Below are positions 16,118-17,689 of a DNA stretch of 17,689 nt, piece by piece (position 1 is the first letter of the stretch; each line of letters starts with the position of its first letter). The notes below the pieces were generated by a model. It ran no database searches, was not told where the DNA came from, and was given only the letters and a program-made list of their open reading frames with translations. The position numbers and the translations under genes were made by a program. Origin of the DNA: a virus (lineage: Duplodnaviria > Heunggongvirae > Uroviricota > Caudoviricetes); IMG/VR virus record IMGVR_UViG_2526164690_000042. One strand, 5' to 3'.

Positions 16118-16162
16118 GGGCTGTAGTCCCCGTGTGTCATTCAGGCTTCCGGACTACAGCCC
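16118..16162. repeat. Perfect 12-bp inverted repeat with 21-nt spacer
   Basis: gggctgtagtcc (16118..16129) and ggactacagccc (16151..16162). Not followed by a T-run on either strand, so it is not a typical terminator. It lies between the converging terminators and the second integrase gene. Confidence 0.5.
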
Positions 16163-16205
16163 ACTCCATATCTGATTTAATACACTATCCCGGCCGGGAG
16201 GAATA

Positions 16206-16460
16206 ATGACATTTAAACATTATGATGTTGTCAGGGCGGCGTCGCCGTCAGACCTTGCGGAAAAGCTGACACACAAACTGAAAGAGGGCTGGCAGCCGTT
16301 TGGTAGACCGAAGAAAACAAATAAAATCAGTGTAATACGTGAAATTGCTGAAAAGTTAATCAAATTTAACACCAAGAAAAATCAAGGTATTAGGAAGTTG
16401 CTCATAGCTAGTATACCAAGTCTTTTTGCCAGAAATTTTTCTGGATTGTCTACTTGCTAA
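16206..16460 (+). CDS. DUF1737-like small phage protein, probably with an altered or chimeric C-terminus
   Basis: The N-terminus MTFKHYDVVRAASPSDLAEKLTHKLKEGWQPFG resembles a small conserved late-region protein of lambdoid phages as I recall it. The remaining ~50 aa are Lys-rich, and the stop overlaps the 3' end of the convergent integrase gene. Confidence 0.4.
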   Translation: MTFKHYDVVRAASPSDLAEKLTHKLKEGWQPFGRPKKTNKISVIREIAEKLIKFNTKKNQGIRKLLIASIPSLFARNFSGLSTC

Positions 16461-17469
16461 CCACGAGCGGCAAATCCAGTGTTGGTGTGATTTTTGTTTT
16501 ACGATCGTAAATCAACACCTGATTTTCTGTTTTATGCCCGCTGAAAATTTGTTTGTCGCGACTGCTGCCTTCGTAATCTGAGATCCCCTTGGCTTTTATG
16601 TCGTGAAAATTGCACCCGAACGGAACGCCAACTTTTTGCTCGGCTGCGCGTTTAGCCTGATTCCACCAGTTATTCAGCGTTTTAGCTATGACTTTCCCGC
16701 CTTTGGTTGTATTGATCACATATTCGCATGTACAGGAAGATACATTTCGGGCTAACTGGATCGCTGTACGTAATCGCGGTGACCATTCCTTGATTTGTTT
16801 GGTGCCGGTTTTGTTTTGCTCAATGTAGATCCCTTTATCCATAATATCCTGCCATTTCAACTCAAGCACATCACCGAGTCTTGCCGCACAGAGATAGGAA
16901 ATCTCCATTGCAATGCGTAACTGTGGAATTGCTTCCGCATATATCGCCGCATACTGTTCATCGGTGATGTAAACAGTGCGGGCTTTAAGAGAGAATTTTC
17001 TGACTCCTTTGCATGGGTTATTCTTCACATACCCACGCTCATATCCCCACCCGTATACTCGACTCAGGCTTGCCAGTTCATGATTTGCCTGGGTCTTGCT
17101 CTCAAGCCCTCGTTTATCCATGAAAATTCTTACCTGCTCAGTTTTGACATTATCAGCAAGCACTTTTCCGAATACCATCAGCAACGCCTTCTGATGTTGT
17201 CGATAATCTTTTTGGGTTCGGGGGGCCAGTTCTGTAAATGCAGGGGAGTCCATAAACATGTGCCATAATTTAGCTACGGTCATTATGTTGTGGAGTTTTG
17301 CTTTTTCCAGTTCATAATTTTGCCAGACTTTAGCTACGCTGGTTTTCCGCACTCTTCCTAGCCCTATACTTCTTGTACTTCCTTCGGGTTTCCACACGTA
17401 ACTGTAACCATTCGATCTAACCCGCGGTGGCAGTACATTATCTTTTTTATTTTTTCTTGGTCTTCCCAT
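16450..17469 (-). CDS. int: Second tyrosine integrase (phage integrase family), unrelated in sequence to the first
   Basis: 339-aa ORF with a C-terminal catalytic region (…RLGDVLELKWQDI…, …FHDIKAKGISDY…, …GHKTENQVLIYDRK…) carrying R, H-x-x-(R/K) and Tyr positions. An excisionase-like ORF overlaps its start. Confidence 0.85.
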   Translation of the reverse strand: MGRPRKNKKDNVLPPRVRSNGYSYVWKPEGSTRSIGLGRVRKTSVAKVWQNYELEKAKLHNIMTVAKLWHMFMDSPAFTELAPRTQKDYRQHQKALLMVFGKVLADNVKTEQVRIFMDKRGLESKTQANHELASLSRVYGWGYERGYVKNNPCKGVRKFSLKARTVYITDEQYAAIYAEAIPQLRIAMEISYLCAARLGDVLELKWQDIMDKGIYIEQNKTGTKQIKEWSPRLRTAIQLARNVSSCTCEYVINTTKGGKVIAKTLNNWWNQAKRAAEQKVGVPFGCNFHDIKAKGISDYEGSSRDKQIFSGHKTENQVLIYDRKTKITPTLDLPLVVSK

Positions 17470-17689
17470 TGTTCAGCGCCTCAAAATCGGGTTCAGCAGA
17501 AACCAGTTCAGATGTTTTTGGCATCGTTGTCAGACCGTGTGGAATATCCCTGCGGAGAACTATGGGTTCGTTTTTAGGGCCGATTACAAATGGGATGCCG
17601 TGCAGTCTTAACTGGTGTTGCTGTTTTGTGTATCGCTCGTATTTCGTGATCTCTTTAATCTCTGCTGGAGATAGAGTTAATTCGTACAT
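17447..17689 (-). CDS. xis: Excisionase-like protein of the second element
   Basis: 80-aa ORF overlapping the start of the second integrase. It begins MYELTLSP…, similar to lambda Xis MYLTLQEW…. The start codon is the last three bases of the window. Confidence 0.6.
   Translation of the reverse strand: MYELTLSPAEIKEITKYERYTKQQHQLRLHGIPFVIGPKNEPIVLRRDIPHGLTTMPKTSELVSAEPDFEALNNGKTKKK

Noticed and set aside
1-17689. CRISPR arrays, insertion sequences or transposase genes
   Set aside because: No regularly spaced direct repeats with unique spacers and no transposase-like ORF or terminal inverted repeats were seen. The only repeat families are operators, iterons and isolated inverted repeats.

Overview
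This window reads as the early and early-late part of a lambdoid (Rac-like) enterobacterial prophage, followed at the right edge by a second integrase-excisionase pair. No tools were run, so all family assignments rest on motifs read by eye and recalled similarity, and none is database-verified. From the left: a lambda-type tyrosine integrase and overlapping excisionase (minus strand); a leftward early operon carrying a DEDDh (DnaQ-like) 3'-5' exonuclease with a zinc ribbon, a 383-aa unknown protein, two translationally coupled small proteins and a 79-aa protein; a non-cleavable HTH repressor (RacR-like) flanked by mirror-image operator/promoter modules; then rightward genes for YdaS-like and YdaT-like regulators, an O-like replication initiator containing iterons, a DnaC-like helicase loader, several small unknown genes, a DUF551 protein, a Hok-family type I toxin, a periplasmic OB-fold (YgiW/BOF-family) cargo gene, a DUF968 protein, RusA and a Q antiterminator with a lambda-like PR'/qut and terminator. 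Downstream lie two tRNA genes (anticodons CAU and UCU), a TerB-like protein with a small membrane protein, converging terminators, a probably chimeric small ORF, and the second integrase-excisionase pair. No lysis or structural genes, CRISPR array or IS element are present. The most interesting candidates are the TerB-like/membrane pair at the moron position, the Hok locus, the atypical exonuclease module and the prophage junction at the right end.
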